A stretch of 64,000 bases of DNA, from contig MU054338.1 of assembly GCA_013239625.1 (NCBI GenBank), positions 2,482,977 through 2,546,976 on the forward strand, in the 5' to 3' direction. The translations under genes were made by a program, and so were the position numbers. This stretch comes from Lama guanicoe (taxonomy: Eukaryota). The notes under the pieces were generated by a model, which saw only the letters and a program-made list of their open reading frames with translations, was not told the origin of the DNA and ran no database searches. This document shows positions 58,656 through 64,000 of this stretch, piece after piece (position 1 is the first letter of the stretch; each line of letters starts with the position of its first letter).

Positions 58656-59679
58656 TCACAATAATCACAATGACAGTAATGCTAATGGCGGTCCACGCCC
58701 AGCCTAGCGCTGTCCCCATGTCACTGAGGGGAGCGTGAGGCGCAGGGAGGCGGCTGCATGGCTCGCCTGGGGTCTGAGGTGAGTGATGGGTCTGAGGCCC
58801 AACCTTGTGCTTCGTCCCTGCTGGCTGCCCCATCTCATGGCTGCGGACCCACAGCCCTCTGCCAAGCAGGACATTGAGGCTGTGCTCCCCAAAGGGTCAG
58901 AGTGGATCCTTTCACGCCAGGTACAGGCGGAGTCCTCCATTATCCATGCCCGGGATTATAGCCTCTGCTGGTGGCAGGGACGCCAGGATGGATGTGACAT
59001 CCACACAGCGTCACCGTCAGGCTGACAGTAGGAGTCGGCAGGTGGCAGCCCACCTGCCCTACCCTCCTGTCCCTGTGACGTCAGGGAAGGTATCCCTCAC
59101 AGAGCGGGTGGCTTCACGGGGGCTGGGAGGAGGCCTCACGTGGAGGGGGTGAGCTTGCATGGGGGTGGCGAGGAGGGAACTGAAGCTGGCAGAGCTGGTC
59201 CTGGGATTATGGGGTGCCATGTTCAGGGGGGCGGGCCTATCCCTTTTCCCCACCCCACTAGGTCTCTGATTATCCTAAGGGGGTCCTTGCAAACCTCACT
59301 CACTTATTTATTCATTCATTTATTTGCTGAGCACTGGGGGTCCCTGCCACCAAGCACCCCTCATGTTGCTCCCAGCCCAGTGGGAGAGTTTGACACCACG
59401 GACCAGGAGGAAAGGCCAAAAAGGGTCCTCCCTGATTGGAGACCAGACCGAGAAGCAGCAGGGAGCCAGGCCCACGGGCAGGTGAAGAGGTGTCCCTGGC
59501 AGAGGGCCTGGTAACGGCCAAAGCCTGGAGGCCGCACCGAGCCAGGTGAGCCAGGAGCAGGAGGATGAAGGGCAGCCAGACGGAGGAGTGTAGCCGGACA
59601 GGGCTTGGGGCCAGATCGGCTGCGGTGGGGATTCCGGTGGAACCTGGAACTAAATTAGGGCCTGGTCACTCTTTTCGTT

Positions 59680-59890
59680 AATTTACATTAGTGGCATTGA
59701 GCACATTGACAGTGTGGTGCAACCATCACCTCCATCTAGATCTGGAACTTTTCCATCACCCCATGTGGAAACCCTGCCCTCATCAGCAGTCACTCCCCGT
59801 CCTCTCCCCCAGCCCTGGCAACCATGAACCCACGCTTTGCCTCTGTGGATTTGCCTGTTCTGGACATTCCATATACAGGGAATCACACAC
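59680..59890 (-). mobile_element. L1M 3' fragment
   Basis: gtggcattgagcacattgacagtgtggtgcaaccatcacc...ctgtggatttgcctgttctggacattccatata. Confidence 0.85.
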
Positions 59891-62529
59891 TAAGGGACAG
59901 GATGGTCACTTTTAATGTACCAGTGGGCTGTTTGGGGACAGGCTGGTCTATATTGGGAGCCCATGTGCCAAGGTGACTAGGAGGCCTCCCAACTGTGCCC
60001 TGCCAGGACCTCTATCTGGGCATGTCACTGTCACCCGTGGCCTGGGCCACATGCCCCACAAGGAGGCTCCCAGGAAATTCTTGCCATTGAAACTGGGCCA
60101 GAGGTCACAGCCCGAGCCGGCTTTCCCCACTGCCTGCCGGGCACCTGATGAAGCCCAGGGTCATGGGTCCAGCCACGCTGCCCCGAAAGGGAACCAAGGC
60201 CCAGGGGGGCTGGAGGGGAGAGGACGGAGGGGCCATCGGGCAAGACCCCTGTCAAGATGTTTGCTCGCTCTGCCCCTGGTGGCCGCCTCTGAAGTGAGGG
60301 CCACCACCCCCAGTGACCTCTTCTGACCTCCGTAACAGGTCAGTCCTGCCTGGGACCACTAGGTGAGCCTGTTAACCAGTTGTCAATAAGATCAGTCACT
60401 TCTTTTCACTTTCTGTCTCCACTGCTGGTTGGTCCTGAGCAGCTGTCTTGGCTGGTGGAATGAGGGGAGGGAGGTCATGGGGGGCCAGACAGGGCAGGGC
60501 CCCAGGGGTGAGGACAGTGGGCTTCTTTTAAATGCACATGAGGATGGGGGAGGCACAGGAGAGCTGGACCAGAGGAAAGACGACCCTGGTCTGGGTTTTT
60601 ACGAAGCTCCCTCTGGCCACCATACTGAGGGGCAGGTTTAAAGCAAAACATTGCCGGACAGCACAAGCCCTAGAACCGACTGTACTCGGGAGCCACGGCA
60701 GTGGGGAGGGACCTCCAGGCAGAGCCAGGCTCCACTCCTGACACAGCGCAGGGAAGCAGTCTCAGAACCAAGGAGCAGGTGCGGTCGGTGGACAGAGGAT
60801 CGCTGGGAGGGGGCATGAGGAGGAAGAGGGATTCTGGCTGCACTGATTCAGCTGGATTCTTGCTGAAATCCCCTTGTGTTTCACCTGGATTCAATGATCT
60901 CCTGCCCCTTTCTGATTTATTCATTCCTTCCAGTACCATTTAGGCAGCCTCTGCCTTTTATAGGCTGGCCTTGTTGGGCTCTGGGGACATATCAGAGAAC
61001 AAGACCCATCTGGCTCTGCCTGCCCCGGAGGGAACCCACGTGTGGAGGGAGGGGTTGGGGATCCAGAAAGGCTTCCTGGCAGTGGGATTGTCCAACTGAC
61101 ACAGGATGCCTTAGTCAAAGGGAGGGAGGAGGAATGGGTGCGAGGAGGGAGTTCCTGGAAGAAAGAGCGGCATGTGCAAAGGCCCTGTGGCAGCAGCTCT
61201 GGCTGCTGAGGGACAGGTTGATGATGGGTAGGAAAGGGCAACCTCCCTTCATATAACCTCCTGGAGGTGGGAGCTCTAGTCCAAAGAGAGCCTCCCTCCT
61301 TCAGTTGAGGCCAGCAGTTGCCCATTATAAAGAATAGAACACTGAGGCACAGAGAGGTGAGGACAAGTCCCGAGCTCCTTGGTCCAGCAAGTGGCAGATT
61401 CAGGATTCAAACCCAGAGTTCTAAACCAGACACAGGCAAAAGACCCACTCAAAGCACAAAGATAGACCAATGAACTTTAATGGGACAGAGAACGAAATAG
61501 AACAGCCCACCTTCATAAATCTCCACCTGGCCAGTTTGGGTGCAGGACAAAGATGACTGCCCGTGATGATCTCAAAAGGCTACTAAAATCCTCTCTCCCT
61601 CTCTGTGAGGCTGGGTTTTCTTCCTATACATCAACCAGAACAGCCTATGGAAACGACAAGCAGGCGTGAGAATCCAGCTGCCTCCTACTAAGCCACACAG
61701 AGATTTGCAAAACTGTAGAACAACACCATTCTTTTACCTGAAAAGAAACTTTTTTGGGTTCAACAATGTGAGTTCATTCTCTGGCAGTTCTGGAGGTCAG
61801 GAGTCTGGCACGGGTCTCACGGGGCTAAGAGCAAGGCGTGGGCAGGGCTGGTTCCTTCTGGAGGCGCCAGGATATATAACCTGCAAATCTTTTCTCCCAC
61901 TCCCTGCTTTGTCTTTTCACTTTCTGAATAATGCCGTTTGATGCGCAACAAAAGGTTTTTTTTTTAAACTTTACCAAGTCCACTCCCCTTTTTTTTTATT
62001 TAAAAAACTGTCCTTGCCTCTCATGACAAACACTGTATTTATGTGACCATGTGCTGGTTGGTTGTTATTTTTACACATTAACAAATCTTTAATTTTTCTC
62101 AGTTTTAATTTATAATATGTAAATATTATCCATGATGATAATCCACTTAAACAGAAGCTCCTTGGGGGTCCTCAGTCCTTTTCAAGGGTGAAAAAGGGGC
62201 TCCTGAAGCCAAACGGTTTCTTCCAGGGGAGAGTGTGGTCTGGGATGTGATAGGCTCCAGCCGGCCACCACGGGGACTGGGCAGACCAGAGATCAGCAGG
62301 GCCTGCTCCCTGCCAGCCGCCCCACCCCCCGCCCCCACCCCAGCTGCCGGGGTGCCTGAAGCCTCAGGCAGTGACTCCAGGCCTCTCGTGGGCACCAGAT
62401 GAACGGCCCCCGGTGTCACGCTGAGACTTTCTGGCGGCCAGGGTCCCCAGAGCGAAGCTCTCTTGGGGTTCACTACTGTGGACCTTACTTAAGCCCATCT
62501 TGGCAGCAACCCCCTTAGAAAGGAAGTTG

Positions 62530-63320
62530 CCTGCGGTGCGGCGCCCGGACCTCTCCCCGGCCCGCTGCTGTGGCGAGGACAGGAGTGAGCGGGGTGGGGG
62601 GTTCCTTTCCTCAGCACCAGCACCGGCTTCAGTGTCAGGGTCAGGCGCGGGGACACCCTGGGCCGGATATTTTTAGGGAGGGAAGATGTGTGGTCGGTTA
62701 TCTGCCCCGTGGGCAGTCTGGCTAGGAGGAGGGAGGAGGAGGAGGAGGGGAGCGAGAGCAGGAGGAGGGGAGAGGCAGCGGGGTGACATCCACCCGCACC
62801 CCCCTGCCCTGCCGCCCGTGACTAATTTAGGAAAAAGGCACCGTGGAGCTATTTCCATCCAGCGGGAACAGGTGCAGGCGCCCCCCGCGCCCCTCCCGCG
62901 CAGGCCCGCGCTCCCCATAGGCCTTCGGACCGCGCCGGCCTATAAAGGCGCAGGGTTTTCTCAATGAAGCCGCCGCCGCCGCCGGGAGGCGTTCGGGAGC
63001 GCGCTTCGGGGTGCAGGGAGTCGGGAGCCGGCCTGCAGAGCGCGGTCCCCACCGCCCCTCCGCGCGGAGATGAAGTACATCGTGGGCATCGGAGGGTGAG
63101 CGTCCGGCGTCCCCGGCGGGCTGCTCTGCTGGGGCCGAGGCGCGCCCCCGGGCGGGCGGGCGGGCGGGGGACGCGCGGGCCGGCCGCCGGGGATGCGCGG
63201 AGGGCTGCCCGGGGATGGGGTCCAGGGGTCGGCCGCCCAAGGTCGGAGGGCGAGGGCGGGATTTCTCTCTGCCCTCGGGGGCTCTGGGCCCGCAGCGGTA
63301 TGCGCAGGCTGGGCACGGGG
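62530..63320 (+). promoter_or_regulatory. NMRK2 CpG-island promoter with TATA/CArG, E-box and MEF2-like site
   Basis: CpG-rich. CCTATAAAGG at 62939-62948, CAGGTG at 62869-62874, and ATATTTTTAG (one mismatch to the MEF2 consensus) near 62667. Confidence 0.8.
63070..63095 (+). CDS. NMRK2: NMRK2 (nicotinamide riboside kinase 2 / MIBP) first coding exon (26 nt); the gene continues beyond the window
   Basis: gagATGAAGTACATCGTGGGCATCGGAGG|gtgagc translates MKYIVGIG(G), the strand leading into the NRK P-loop (human MKLIVGIGGMTNGGKT as recalled). Syntenic position just downstream of ATCAY. Confidence 0.9.
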
Positions 63321-64000
63321 CCCAATTTTAAATTTCCGAACGGAAATTACTTCTCCCCAACACACACTGAACTCTGTGGGGGATAGAAGACTTTATAAAG
63401 CTCAGGCAGACCCTCCTTAAGGTGCTGGGCCATCCGTGGGGGTGGGGGTGGGGAGACATGGACCCCAGGGAGGCACGTGGGCAGGTGGGGCGGGGAGCCC
63501 AGAATGGCACTCCCCTGATTGTGGCACCTGCTTTTTAACCACGGCTGCTGACCCTCAGGGAGGGGCCTTGCCTTTCCCAGGTTTCAAATTCTCCGTTTTA
63601 CTACTAATAACCAGGCCTTTTAAGATGATGCCTGAGAAACATGAAGCATAAGCAAGGCTGGCGTGGGGCTCCCTGCCTGGGGTGACCTGGGTCCTTCCCC
63701 GTTGGTTTAACGCTCCATCACTCTCTTGAAATTCCTGGCAAGAGTGAGTCCAAGGGCACCCCATGTCTTCCTGCGGGGCGAGGCGTTCTGTAGCCAGCGC
63801 TAAGGGCAAGGTGTGCCTTTGAGCAAGAACCCAAATGAACATCAGGCGTGTTCTAACCTGCTCCCCATAATCTATGGGGGTCGCCTTTCCCATCGGCTGC
63901 AGCTTCCCCACTTCCACGCCCAGATTTCCACCCGATTCCTAGATCCGGGACACCCAGGTCAAAGGGACACGCATTTCCAGAAAGGCCTGACAGCTACCCT

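Noticed and set aside
62827..63420. Overlapping 130-160 aa ORFs in the NMRK2 CpG island
   Set aside because: Stop-poor GC-rich sequence. Only the 26-nt MKYIVGIG exon has protein-family support.

Overview
This is a 64 kb window of mammalian (eukaryotic) genomic DNA with the ZFR2-ATCAY-NMRK2 gene order known from human 19p13.3. Its tRNA-Ala-derived SINEs suggest a camelid. The minus strand carries coding exons 1-5 of ZFR2 (322 codons, ending inside the first zinc finger; the gene continues off the left edge). The plus strand carries the complete 13-exon ATCAY/caytaxin gene (1113-nt CDS, 370 aa, all GT-AG junctions in phase, about 2.5 kb 3'UTR), followed by the promoter and first coding exon of NMRK2. 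Much of the rest is interspersed repeat (L1, MLT/MER21-type LTRs, MER20/MER58/MER82, MIR, SINEs), and there are two assembly gaps. Nearly all ORFs in the supplied track are spurious. I found no rRNA, true tRNA or CRISPR. The most interesting unexplained structure is a roughly 5 kb AT-rich, repeat-poor block in ZFR2 intron 1. It holds a strongly signalled 99-nt stop-containing exon and a textbook intronic polyadenylation site, which suggests a poison-exon or early-termination module. Other notable candidates are a near-perfect REST site between the divergent ZFR2 and ATCAY promoters, a CArG box superimposed on the NMRK2 TATA box, and a MEF2/E-box cluster plus cryptic acceptor in ATCAY intron 8. 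Repeat family names and boundaries come from visual recognition and are approximate.
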